Below are positions 1 through 9,495 of a stretch of DNA of 49,329 bases, in pieces; the first letter of the stretch is position 1, and every line of letters starts with the position of its first letter. Origin of the DNA: Clostridia bacterium (GTDB lineage: Bacteria > Bacillota > Clostridia > Oscillospirales > Acutalibacteraceae); assembly GCA_900766945.1 (NCBI GenBank), contig CAAFXD010000183.1:1-49329 (forward strand), given 5' to 3'. The notes under the pieces are model-generated. The model searched no databases. It had not been told where the DNA came from and worked only from the letters and a program-made list of their open reading frames with translations. Made by a program: the position numbers and the translations under genes.

Positions 1-126
1 GAGGCTTAAATTCGGCATTTCCGCCCGCACAGAAAGGTACAGCTCCCTTGCAGTGGGATGGTCACAGCGTTGCTGCAAATCTTGCAAGATTGCGTCACGC
101 TGACGGCTTTTTCGCACCTGCGGCAT
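1..126 (-). CDS. Fur-family metalloregulator, N-terminal 42 codons only (the gene runs off the left edge)
   Basis: ATG at 126 is preceded by a GAGAGGTGG SD. The translation MPQVRKSRQRDAILQDLQQRCDHPTARELYLSVRAEMPNLSL fits the Fur/PerR/Zur winged-helix N-terminus (QR..IL, H.TA.ELY, P.LSL). Confidence 0.7.
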   Translation of the reverse strand, partial: MPQVRKSRQRDAILQDLQQRCDHPTARELYLSVRAEMPNLSL

Positions 127-150
127 GGACACCACCTCTCTGAAATTAAC

Positions 151-169
151 GATAACAATAATCATTACT
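151..169. promoter_or_regulatory. Fur-box-like operator between the -10 and the start codon
   Basis: GATAACAATAATCATTACT matches 15 of 19 positions of the classical GATAATGATAATCATTATC box. It sits just downstream of the -10 of the Fur-family gene. Confidence 0.45.
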
Positions 170-172
170 GAT

Positions 173-200
173 ATTATAACAGATATTGCGAAGTTGTCAA
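173..200 (-). promoter_or_regulatory. Sigma-70-type promoter of the Fur-family gene
   Basis: The minus strand reads TTGACA (200-195), a 16-nt spacer, then TGTTATAAT (extended -10; TATAAT at 178-173). Confidence 0.6.
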
Positions 201-971
201 GAGTGATTTCGGGAATATTTTTGCGGCAGATTCGGGATTTTGCGCATTTTTTCCTGTGGCGGCGAAAAAAGACGAGCACACCGCTTTTCGAGACACTTTT
301 ACAGCCGCAGAAAAATAATTTGGCTGATTCAAAAATCAAGTTGACCCCCCGTTGAAAACAACGGCGGGATGCTGACTGGTAACATCCTCATAGGATTTTT
401 TATCTCCTCTGCGAGGGTTTCTCGCAGCCGTTCTCGCGGGTTGCGACGGTTCTTTCACGCTCGACCTACGACCGAAGGAAGTATCATTGTCCCTCCTGTA
501 ATTTCTTCGCTCTCTGACGGAGTCATCGTCATACAATCCATTTACATTCATCTGCTCGTACCTTTCTGACCAAGTGCTTTCGTTACAAAAAAAGCACTTG
601 CGGTTTGTATTCCTTGACTGGAACAGGTAGTCTCGGCGGTGTATATGGAACAGCTCGTTACAGGGGAATGTCACCATTGTTTTGTATTCAATTATCAAGG
701 TTCTATATAAACTGATGTAAATTGAGAATAAATGTGCTCGTTGCCGGTGGTTTTGGCAACGACATAAGTATCTCACCACTTACATCAATTTATATATTAG
801 CAGAATTTTTTGTATTTGCAAATGTGCGATATACATTTTTGCACAATTTCGTATATATGAAATGTTTCCTGATGGAGGGCTTTTCATTATACGAAAGAAT
901 AAAAAAATCTGTTTTTTTATTAGGAGCAAGTTCTAATAGCGTGGTAAAAACCCTTGTATATCAATGATTTT

Positions 972-1021
972 AAGGCTACGCCCGGCAAAAACCGTTATGG
1001 TTCTCGGCCGAGCGTAGCCTT
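972..1021. repeat. Long imperfect hairpin downstream of the M23 peptidase gene (possible terminator or element-end structure)
   Basis: AAGGCTACGC (972-981) pairs with GCGTAGCCTT (1012-1021), plus 4 more inner base pairs. There is no clean U-tract on either strand. Confidence 0.35.
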
Positions 1022-1056
1022 TAATAATGATTTCAGCGCGTATTGCTCTCGAATGG

Positions 1057-2604
1057 TTAAGAAATCCAATCTAATGGATCAACATTATTAATGCGATATC
1101 TATCTCCGCCAACACGAACTTCAAAATGGAGATGTGGTCCGGTGACATTGCCAGTCGCACCACTCGTAGCGATTTGCTGCCCTTGTTTGACTTCCTGACC
1201 AACAGAGACCAGTATGGTATCACAATGTGCATACAAAGAGTAAACCTCATTTCCGTGTGCAATCATAATGTGATTACCATAAGAAGCCGCTTGGTCATTG
1301 ATGTGGATAACAATGCCATCCGCGACGGCATAAACTGGCGTACCGATAGGACAAGATATGTCTCGTCCGGCGTGATATTCTCCGCTTCCCGCATAAGCGG
1401 GGTAATCATTACCATTAAATTGCCCACCGGGACATGGATTTATCATTTCTCCGTTACCTGCACCACTGATATATATTCCATTCATTTCAGAATATAGAGA
1501 AATCACTTCTGTTAGCATTTCCCGGTCATTAGCCGAAAAATGGTACTGCTCCGCCATCTCCTCAGTCGTTTTGTAAGTAACTGTAACCACACCATATTCC
1601 TCAGAAACCGTTATCTCGTTTCCGTTTTCATCGGTTTCAACAGAAGTTATTGTTTCAGAAGTGGTAGTAAATGAAATCATGTCCCACATTGTTGTTCGCA
1701 AAAGGTCTGTTGTTTCTTCTGTAATTTCGATTGCAGGTAAGTTTTGCGTTTGAGCCCGAACAGCATAAACTGCAAGAATATAGTTCCACTGTGTTATTGT
1801 TGGCGCAGGACGCACAACAATGTGGTTATATCCGGTCAACTGTGCCTTTTGTTGATTTAGTTCGGCAACAAATTCGCTGTTTAGGGTTTGCTGTGCGTTG
1901 GAGAGAGCATTGCCTTGCGTTTCATCGGCAAAATGCACGCCAAGTGCAGAAGAAAGCAGCGCAACGAACAATGCAACAATAACAAGAATTAAAACCGCTA
2001 TCCATCCACCAGCGGCTATAAAGGAAGAAATTGCTTCTATGGTTGCTTTAGTTGCTTCTGCTAAAACCTTGACAGCCTCTGCTACTGCTTTCGCCGTGGC
2101 TTTTGCCGCCTGAATAGAAGTTTGGGCAACCAGTTTTGTTCCCTCTGCTGTTGCTTTGGCGGCGGAAACGGTACTCTTTGTCGCTGTTCCTGTTTTAACG
2201 CCAGCACTTGCTGTCTTAATCATATTTTTTGTCGTTTTAACAGAGGTGCTAAACGCTTGCGCTCCCTGTTTTACCGTAGTTCCAACTGCCTTGATTGTTG
2301 GTTTCACGGCTTTAATACTTTGACGCGCAATATCTTGTCGCTGTTTTATGCGAACAGCAGAATGTGCAGAGGCTTTGACAATTCTTTGACCGCCACGCAC
2401 GGCAACTTGTCCATTGCGAATTACCGAATACTCTGCTAAATCGGCAGGAGCATTTTCAGGTGCTTGTTCTTCCGAGCGCGAAGCGATACGCATAGCACCT
2501 TTAACATCTCGTCCCGCACGCAAGGAACGGTCAAGCACCTTGACCGTCCCTTTGAGCGTTTTCACAGTTTTCTGTGTTGTGTGTGTTTTTATATCCTTTG
2601 CCAC
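1057..2604 (-). CDS. Membrane-anchored M23 metallopeptidase (conjugation cell-wall hydrolase)
   Basis: The C-terminus carries HAGRDISCPIGTPVYAVADG (HxxxD) and GPHLHFEV (HxH). There is a central TM segment (WIAVLILVIVALFVALL). GTG start 7 nt after the VirB4-like stop. Confidence 0.8.
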   Translation of the reverse strand: MAKDIKTHTTQKTVKTLKGTVKVLDRSLRAGRDVKGAMRIASRSEEQAPENAPADLAEYSVIRNGQVAVRGGQRIVKASAHSAVRIKQRQDIARQSIKAVKPTIKAVGTTVKQGAQAFSTSVKTTKNMIKTASAGVKTGTATKSTVSAAKATAEGTKLVAQTSIQAAKATAKAVAEAVKVLAEATKATIEAISSFIAAGGWIAVLILVIVALFVALLSSALGVHFADETQGNALSNAQQTLNSEFVAELNQQKAQLTGYNHIVVRPAPTITQWNYILAVYAVRAQTQNLPAIEITEETTDLLRTTMWDMISFTTTSETITSVETDENGNEITVSEEYGVVTVTYKTTEEMAEQYHFSANDREMLTEVISLYSEMNGIYISGAGNGEMINPCPGGQFNGNDYPAYAGSGEYHAGRDISCPIGTPVYAVADGIVIHINDQAASYGNHIMIAHGNEVYSLYAHCDTILVSVGQEVKQGQQIATSGATGNVTGPHLHFEVRVGGDRYRINNVDPLDWIS

Positions 2605-2610
2605 AATGCA

Positions 2611-4983
2611 TCACATCCCGATATCGTAGATTGCTTCATCAGGCTTAGTGGTGAGGAGCTTATAAATCTCGGTATCCTGTGGAATATCATTTTCAAACGG
2701 GATTAAAGTACCACTAACCTTTATTAACCCTGATCCGGGTTTGGCGTTCGTGATGTATTCTTGTTGATTTTCGCTAATATCCAACAAGTCCGAGAGTTGC
2801 TCGCAGTCCAAGGGGGCTTGGTTGAGCATAATCATCAATTCACTTGTGGAAAGAATAGCCCTTCCGTTTGGACTACGCAATAAGTCCTCAACATTCTGCG
2901 TTATGCCGCAAAAATCGCAATCATATTTTCGTCCGCGTTTCCAACAACGGAAAAAGAAATCGGAAGTAAATTGTCGTGCAAACATTAGATAGAATTCATC
3001 GTTAACAATGCTCGTGGTTATTCCATTGGCACGGTTATGAATCATTTGGTTTTGGATGTGGTCGAAAAGCACAAGCATTGCAATACTGTTCAAACTTTCG
3101 CCAAGCTCGTGAATATCGAAGCACACTATGCGGCTGTTTATATTGACATTTGTAGGTTTGGCAAAGGTTGAAAGGGAGCCGGACGCATAGACCTCAAGAG
3201 CAAGCGCAATATCGGCAGCTTCTTCTTCCGGTTGTTCTTTCATACATTCGTAGAAATCTAAAAGTGTCGGAGCGTCACCCGTACAGCCATTTCGCACATA
3301 ATCCCGCAAAACGCGTTCCGTGCAACGATCAATCAAAGAGCGTTGCTTTGGACCAACAACAGACGGATACAACAACTGTTCACACAGCGACAACATAAAT
3401 TCCGATTTAATAATAATCGGATTATCCGATTTGTCATAGCCGGTGCTGATGTCCATTGCATTAATGTGCGTATGACTGGTCGCCGAAAAATATATTACTT
3501 CGCCGCCAAGCGCTTTTACCAACGGTGCATATTCTCGTTCCGGGTCAATAATAATAATGACATGTTTATCATCTGCAGTAGCAAGCACTTTGTTCAAAAT
3601 CAGCCATTTCGCAAACATAGACTTTCCCGAACCAGGACGACCGCAAACAATACTGTTTGCAGATTGTTGACTTTTCGGGTTAATCATAATCAGATTACGA
3701 GAAATCTGATTTTGCCCGAAGCAAAAACCATTTTCTTGTTGTAATTCTGTGGACTTAAAGGGCATAAAGCCAGCCGCACCTTCGGTTGTCAGCGTCATCA
3801 CATCCTCAATACGGCGCACGCCGAGAGGCAGAGCAGTGTTTAACCCATCGAGTTGTTGCCAACGAAGAGTTTGCAATCTGCATTGACATCCTCTTGCAGC
3901 GGCAAAAATACTCTCTGTATCCTCGTCAAGCTGTTCCTTGCTATCCGCAAAATGAACCATTGTAATAACCGTATACATCAAATGTTGGTCGCGTTCAGTT
4001 AAGTCTGTCAAATACTCTTGCGCCTGTTCGCGTTGTTGTTTGAGATCATATGTCAGTTCCGGCGCGTAATTTTTGTTGTTATATTGCTTTTGGTACCATT
4101 TGGAAATGGTAGACTCCACGCCAGTGGCTCGGCGTTCTGCTTCCTGCACTGCTTCATCAGTGGGTACCGGAATGATGTCCATACTGAAAATCATTCGGCG
4201 GTTTAACTCGCACAAATCAGAGACAACAGAGTCTTTAAGGTAAGTGGGATATCCGTGTAACACAAGCGCGCGCCCATAAATCCCACCGAGTTTGAAATAA
4301 TCCGCTTCAAACTCCATACTTTCAGGGGCGATATAATTCTTTGCCGATGAGCCTTGCCGAAGCGCCTGCTCTAAATTGAAAGTCAGTTCTTCCGTTTTGT
4401 CGCCACGGTAGATATCGTGTAACAAATTCAGCCGTTCGATGCCACTCAATTTTCGGCACGCACTTCCCATCTTTTGCAATTGTGTTTGCAGAGTGGAGGT
4501 AGTGCGAATAAAGAAACTGCGAGCTGCATCTAAATCCTTTTTGTTCACGGAGATTGTCACATAAACCTCTTGAATCATCCCATTACCTTGTTGTGCGCGT
4601 TGTATGAGGATTTTATTATAGTCCTGTTGCAAAGAAAAATAGGCTGGATTGCTGCTGTGCATTATAAAACGCTCCAAAGTAGCGGTGCTGATTTTGTGCT
4701 TGATAACACTTATTTTGTTTGTTGAACCGGGATCGAGCCCGTTGAGTACTGCAGACCACGCAAAAAAGATGTCTCTTTGCCGTTCTTCGGAAAGCGTAAG
4801 GTAGGATACATCTTGGAGCTGATAGGTTGCAGAGTATTTGTTGTTATATTTGCCGGCACCTGACTGCACAAGAAATATTCCATCCTCCGAAAATTGCTCA
4901 AGAGGAATAGAGTCGTGTACAAAGCGTAACTTTTTCAGTTTTTCCTTATCCATCCGGCGGGTTTCTTTTAAGGTATTACGCAT
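2611..4983 (-). CDS. VirB4-like type IV secretion ATPase
   Basis: Walker A GRPGSGKS and Walker-B-like SIVNDEF. I prefer the ATG at 4983 (AAAGGAGG SD), which overlaps the upstream stop. The track ORF extends to 5010. Confidence 0.85.
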   Translation of the reverse strand: MRNTLKETRRMDKEKLKKLRFVHDSIPLEQFSEDGIFLVQSGAGKYNNKYSATYQLQDVSYLTLSEERQRDIFFAWSAVLNGLDPGSTNKISVIKHKISTATLERFIMHSSNPAYFSLQQDYNKILIQRAQQGNGMIQEVYVTISVNKKDLDAARSFFIRTTSTLQTQLQKMGSACRKLSGIERLNLLHDIYRGDKTEELTFNLEQALRQGSSAKNYIAPESMEFEADYFKLGGIYGRALVLHGYPTYLKDSVVSDLCELNRRMIFSMDIIPVPTDEAVQEAERRATGVESTISKWYQKQYNNKNYAPELTYDLKQQREQAQEYLTDLTERDQHLMYTVITMVHFADSKEQLDEDTESIFAAARGCQCRLQTLRWQQLDGLNTALPLGVRRIEDVMTLTTEGAAGFMPFKSTELQQENGFCFGQNQISRNLIMINPKSQQSANSIVCGRPGSGKSMFAKWLILNKVLATADDKHVIIIIDPEREYAPLVKALGGEVIYFSATSHTHINAMDISTGYDKSDNPIIIKSEFMLSLCEQLLYPSVVGPKQRSLIDRCTERVLRDYVRNGCTGDAPTLLDFYECMKEQPEEEAADIALALEVYASGSLSTFAKPTNVNINSRIVCFDIHELGESLNSIAMLVLFDHIQNQMIHNRANGITTSIVNDEFYLMFARQFTSDFFFRCWKRGRKYDCDFCGITQNVEDLLRSPNGRAILSTSELMIMLNQAPLDCEQLSDLLDISENQQEYITNAKPGSGLIKVSGTLIPFENDIPQDTEIYKLLTTKPDEAIYDIGM

Positions 4984-5344
4984 CTTTTTTCGCCTCCTTT
5001 TCCTGCGCAATCGTTATTTGTACCTTATCCCTTTCATAAAAGTCGTTTTCCAAATGAAAAAGCAACTTTTGAGGACAAAGAAGGTACTGCTTAATCCAAG
5101 CACGAACAAGCTGCTCAAACGGCATACCGTGATAATTGACAAAACCAAGAGCTGCAAAAGGTGCAACTACGGCAATACAAAGCCAGGATGCGAGTTCTTG
5201 ATTTATGCCGTGAGATGTAGAAGCGAGGTAGGTAACAACGCCCAAAGCAATACCAATGCCGGAACAGACAGTTTGACGAAAACTCAAGCCGACCACAAAA
5301 CTATCTTGCATTTTTTGCAAATCTTTGTTAATTTTGATTTCCAT
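4976..5344 (-). CDS. PrgI-family small membrane protein
   Basis: MEIKINKDLQKMQDSFVVGLSFRQ... plus two TM helices, in the usual position directly upstream of VirB4. AAGGAGG SD before the ATG at 5344. Confidence 0.6.
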   Translation of the reverse strand: MEIKINKDLQKMQDSFVVGLSFRQTVCSGIGIALGVVTYLASTSHGINQELASWLCIAVVAPFAALGFVNYHGMPFEQLVRAWIKQYLLCPQKLLFHLENDFYERDKVQITIAQEKEAKKDA

Positions 5345-5354
5345 ATAATCCTCC

Positions 5355-6200
5355 TTATAAACCAAAAATTTCTTTAACAATCCTATCTGACCCTTTAACG
5401 ATAATAACTAAGAGCAACATTTGCAGTACAACATCGCTGACATATTCCCAGGTCATTCCACCCGGAGAGGTAGATGTCCACTCCGGGTTTGATATCGTGA
5501 ATGCTGAAAAAATGAGGCACGCGACCAACATTAAAACGCCGCGCAGGCATTCTCCGATGTATGACTTCAAAAAGTTGCGCCCAATTGCTTCTGTTGCTTC
5601 GCTTGATAACGCTGCTAAGGGTATCGGAGAAATTGCAGAAAGCAAAAATATTTTAAAGAATCTTCCGTATACAACGATCAAGAGAATAATTCCAAGCACA
5701 ACTATCATTGCGGTACCAATAAGCGATGCGGTATACGCACCGAGTCCTGCACTCCAATCTGCTGCTTCTAATGCCTCCCGAAGTTCTGATGGAATTTCCA
5801 GCTGCATCGTTGGGGACGCCATATTGATTTTCAACAAAAGCCCCTGTACTATTGATATAATTTCCAACAGCACATCGGTTGCATTTGTAACAAAAAACTT
5901 TGCAAAAAAGAAGCGAACGAACTGCATCAAAATCAGCCGCGGATTGCGAACCAAATCGCGGTAATCCAAGGTGGATTTGATAAGCCCATACAGAAAGAAG
6001 AGTATTAAAAGAGAGACACCGGTTGCCTCAATAATTTGGATAATGTCTGTGACCGTATTCCAAATCCCGCCGCCCTGAAACTCGGACGGCGATTTTGTAA
6101 GAATATCAAAAATACTTTCATACCGTTGTTGCCACTTTGCCAAAGCATCCTGCAGCTGTTCAATTGCCTGTTCTCCTAAACTTAAACGATAACAAGGCAT
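5355..6200 (-). CDS. Polytopic membrane protein, VirB6/TrbL-like (CD0415/CD1112-type)
   Basis: Multiple TM helices. Position between the Maff2-like and PrgI-like genes. Confidence 0.55.
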   Translation of the reverse strand: MPCYRLSLGEQAIEQLQDALAKWQQRYESIFDILTKSPSEFQGGGIWNTVTDIIQIIEATGVSLLILFFLYGLIKSTLDYRDLVRNPRLILMQFVRFFFAKFFVTNATDVLLEIISIVQGLLLKINMASPTMQLEIPSELREALEAADWSAGLGAYTASLIGTAMIVVLGIILLIVVYGRFFKIFLLSAISPIPLAALSSEATEAIGRNFLKSYIGECLRGVLMLVACLIFSAFTISNPEWTSTSPGGMTWEYVSDVVLQMLLLVIIVKGSDRIVKEIFGL

Positions 6201-6242
6201 ATGTGCTTATCACCTCACTTTTACATAATGAAAGCTGTCGTC

Positions 6243-6566
6243 TCATAAGCTAACTCCGAGAGAAGTAAGAATTTCTTTGACGAAGAAAATAATTAAACCT
6301 GCGGCAAAAATTGTCAGACCTCTTGCCTTTTGACTGCCGTCATGGCTTTGCAGAGACATAGCAAATTCGACAGCGCCCCAAGCACACACAGCGACACCAA
6401 TCAAACGGATAACGGCAAAAAGGAGGTCGTTAAACTTTGCAAGCGAATCCGTAACCCCGTCACCTTCGGCAAACACAGGAATAATTGTGACGGTTAACAG
6501 AAAAATAACCGCTACAATCATCGTAACGGTTCTGCGAATGGCTGATTTTGTTGTTTTGTTTTTCAT
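6243..6566 (-). CDS. Maff2-family small membrane protein
   Basis: 107 aa with an N-terminal signal/TM and the hydrophobic core GVAVCAWGAVEFAMSLQSHDGSQKARGL. Position just downstream of the coupling protein gene. Confidence 0.55.
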   Translation of the reverse strand: MKNKTTKSAIRRTVTMIVAVIFLLTVTIIPVFAEGDGVTDSLAKFNDLLFAVIRLIGVAVCAWGAVEFAMSLQSHDGSQKARGLTIFAAGLIIFFVKEILTSLGVSL

Positions 6567-6588
6567 AGTAAATTTCCTTTCTTATCTT

Positions 6589-8535
6589 TTATTTGGAATT
6601 TTGAAGATATGCTTCTAAATCGTTGAAATCGACTGCATACATTTCAACAAGCTCTGAAACCGCCAAATCCGAAATGTTGATATGGCTGCCGTTGATGAAG
6701 AATTCCAACTGTTCTTCTTTTTGGGCTTCTCCAAAAGCCGTAGCATCAAAGATGTTTTTCGCCGACGGGATTTCAGTTTCTTGTTCTTTTACAGAAATAT
6801 CTATACTTTGTCTTTCCGAACGCAACGGAATATGGTATTCCATTTCTGTATTGCCGCAGATGGCGGTTTCCTTTGCCGGTTCATAATGAAATACATCAAT
6901 TTTTTTATCAATTAGCGCAAATGCGTTTTTGACAATCAAAATCGCTTGTTCGTATGGCAATACACGCACCTCGTCCGGAGTCAACAGTTCGCGCCCGGCA
7001 ATTTGAAAGTTGGAAGATGCATCGCCGTGCATTCCATAACGCCGACCATATGTGGTAGTATCAATCGTTTCCTTTCCGAGCATTTTTGATATATACTCGT
7101 GTGTGGAATTTTCGTTCCCGCCGAGATACAAAAATTCATCGCATTGTCCGATGATATTTTCCCATCCCTCCTTATATTTCGTTTTCAGCTGCGAAAGGTT
7201 TTGGAGAATGATGGATATGGCGACATTTCGCTTACGACAGGTTGCCAAAATGGACAAAAAATCCTCAGGGGTATGCACATTCGCAAATTCGTCCATCACA
7301 ATGTGCACAAGACGCGGCAGTCTGCCGTGATAAACCTCATCTGCTTTTGCGAACAACTGTTGAAACATCTGAATGTATAAAAGCGAAATGATAAAGTTGT
7401 AGCTTGTATCATCATCCGGGATAATGAGATACAGCGCCGTTGGTCTGTCTGCTAATTTATCAAGCTCCAGCTCGTCATTCTCCATCATTGCGCCAACAGA
7501 AGGAATTTCAAATTTTTGCAGGCGCGCAAGCAGTGTAATTTGCACGCTTTGCTGTGTCTTTCCCGCACCGCTGGTCGCGTTTTGATAGAAGCGGACACAT
7601 ATGTGATTTGGATACCGCGCGTTAATTGAATGAAAGAGTACATCTAAGGCGCTTTGCTCGGTATCGTCCTCGCTGTTCTCAATTCGTCCTGCGCGCAGGA
7701 GCGTCAGCAGATAGGGAAAGTTTTTCTCCGACTCTGCCCCGAAGTAATATAGTAAATACATCAGTGCAGAAAGCAGCATCTTGCCAGCTTCGTCCCAAAA
7801 CGGGTCTAAAGTCTGCGCATTCGGCGCAGTTGTCGCCTTATAGATTGCAGTTACGATTTTTTGAATATCGTCGTCGGCGTGGGCTTCTGTCGGGGTATCC
7901 TGACGGATATATCGAAACGGATTGTATCCCCAAGAACGGTTTGGATTTACGAGGTTCAGAACTTCCACACGGTATCCTTTCTGCTGCAAGTATGCCGCTG
8001 TATTACGGCAGACCTCGCCACTTGGGTCGAGCACGACATAACTTGAGCTCGCTTCCAGCAGATTTGGATAGACATAGCCGGTGGTTTTCCCTGCACCGGG
8101 ACCGCCGATGATAGTTGTGTTATAGTTTCGCTTATGCTTAAATGTATCTTCCTTTGTTACACTAATAGCGAAGTTTTCTGTGTAGACAATTCGGTGTGAA
8201 GAATTTGAATGAAATTCTTTGCGCATTTTCCGAATGTCCGCATAATCCGCACTACCGTTCTCTACGCCGCTACGGTGCAGTCGTCTCTTGTATGAATACA
8301 GAAAAACAACCGCAATAGCATAAATGAAAAGGCACCCCAAAAGCGTTTTTGGCGTGTCTTGTGTCCATATTATGTCCGTGGGCGAAAAGCTAATCTTTTC
8401 GATGTTTTGAAGAATGGCTGGTATGCCGCCTTGCGCATACGGAGCAATACAGATAGCAATGTAAACCACCGCTATGCTACCGATGAGCACCATTATATAA
8501 AACGGACGGTCACGAGCTTTTTTGTTTTGATACAT
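6589..8535 (-). CDS. VirD4/TraG-like type IV coupling protein
   Basis: N-terminal TM helices, Walker A GGPGAGKT, Walker B VHIVMDEF. AAGGAGGA SD. Confidence 0.85.
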   Translation of the reverse strand: MYQNKKARDRPFYIMVLIGSIAVVYIAICIAPYAQGGIPAILQNIEKISFSPTDIIWTQDTPKTLLGCLFIYAIAVVFLYSYKRRLHRSGVENGSADYADIRKMRKEFHSNSSHRIVYTENFAISVTKEDTFKHKRNYNTTIIGGPGAGKTTGYVYPNLLEASSSYVVLDPSGEVCRNTAAYLQQKGYRVEVLNLVNPNRSWGYNPFRYIRQDTPTEAHADDDIQKIVTAIYKATTAPNAQTLDPFWDEAGKMLLSALMYLLYYFGAESEKNFPYLLTLLRAGRIENSEDDTEQSALDVLFHSINARYPNHICVRFYQNATSGAGKTQQSVQITLLARLQKFEIPSVGAMMENDELELDKLADRPTALYLIIPDDDTSYNFIISLLYIQMFQQLFAKADEVYHGRLPRLVHIVMDEFANVHTPEDFLSILATCRKRNVAISIILQNLSQLKTKYKEGWENIIGQCDEFLYLGGNENSTHEYISKMLGKETIDTTTYGRRYGMHGDASSNFQIAGRELLTPDEVRVLPYEQAILIVKNAFALIDKKIDVFHYEPAKETAICGNTEMEYHIPLRSERQSIDISVKEQETEIPSAKNIFDATAFGEAQKEEQLEFFINGSHINISDLAVSELVEMYAVDFNDLEAYLQNSK

Positions 8536-8547
8536 AAGGCATCCTCC

Positions 8548-9495
8548 TTAACCTTCCTTTGCAAAGCGCACTCTTTCTTTTTCATATGAATGACTTTTTG
8601 TGTTTTGTTCGCGCAACTTATTGTTTAATCTAAAAGACAAATCGTGTGCAATTTCCTGACAGACTTCAAGCATTGCGCGAAAATCGCTTTGGTTCGGGTA
8701 TTGCGCTTTCAAATTGGACAAATCGAATCGAAATGCAGATGTATCCACTCCGGCACATCTGCAAAGCAGATAAGAAACAATGCCAGCATCAAAAGAACGG
8801 GTAGCTCGAACAAATAGCGAGCCATCCCGCTTGTGAAATACACCCAATGCAATCTCATATGCCACACGCTGGAACCACTCTTGCCGTGCAACTTTGCGAA
8901 TGACAACTGTTTTAGTTTCGGGAATATAGCGAAGTTCATCACTTTCGGAGATGTTCTCTGCGTCGTGTATTAGTTGCTTAGGGTCATACACAATACATCG
9001 AACCGGTGAAGCGTTGCACAGAGCAATGTTACGCGCTTTTTCAGGCGTGGAACTGCCGACGAAAACCGATATAGGGCGCGAACTGTTCATTACCGTGCGC
9101 GCATAATCGGGGTTTACTGTTTGACTGGCATCGTACCCTTTGTAAAGCTTGAATTTTGTATGTACTTCGCCGTTTTCGTCAACATATTGTCCGTTTGGCG
9201 CGAATTGATAGATTCCCTCCGGGTAATAACCGTTTTGGTCTTTTTTTATGGCGATATTCCTTTTTTCCCACTCTTTAATGGAGAGCACCGCCGTTGCTTC
9301 GGGCAACTGTGCTTGTACCAATATCGTATTTCCAACGGAAGTGGAAACATGATCGGCAAGCATATTCAAGAATGCCCTAAAACTGTTCTCATCGCGCATA
9401 ATGGTGTCTGTTTGCTCTCGTAACAACGCAAATGCAGCCCGTTCTTTTTCCTGCATAACTTTCTTAAATTCTTCAGGCGTCAGTTGAGACTCCAT
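8548..9495 (-). CDS. ArdC-N-like (ssDNA-binding antirestriction-type) domain protein
   Basis: FLNMLADHVSTSVGNTILVQAQLPEATAVLSIKEWEKRNIAIKK is paralogous to residues 28-75 of the giant ORF (FLTSACRNYKLRFDEQLLVFAQRPDATAVLEIERWNKTFGRWVNK). Confidence 0.5.
   Translation of the reverse strand: MESQLTPEEFKKVMQEKERAAFALLREQTDTIMRDENSFRAFLNMLADHVSTSVGNTILVQAQLPEATAVLSIKEWEKRNIAIKKDQNGYYPEGIYQFAPNGQYVDENGEVHTKFKLYKGYDASQTVNPDYARTVMNSSRPISVFVGSSTPEKARNIALCNASPVRCIVYDPKQLIHDAENISESDELRYIPETKTVVIRKVARQEWFQRVAYEIALGVFHKRDGSLFVRATRSFDAGIVSYLLCRCAGVDTSAFRFDLSNLKAQYPNQSDFRAMLEVCQEIAHDLSFRLNNKLREQNTKSHSYEKERVRFAKEG

Noticed and set aside
428-451. On the plus strand, AGCCGTTCTCGCGGGTTGCGACGGTTC resembles a shortened group II intron domain V (AGC...ACGGTT).
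   Set aside because: There is no reverse-transcriptase ORF and no GUGYG 5' end within reach. The available space (127-490) is too short for an intron, and the stem is shorter than canonical.
336-779. 147-aa minus-strand ORF, plus the overlapping 66-aa and 81-aa plus-strand ORFs.
   Set aside because: They have no SD. Their composition is Arg/Cys-rich and low quality, they overlap the hairpin-dense region, and they carry no recognisable motif.
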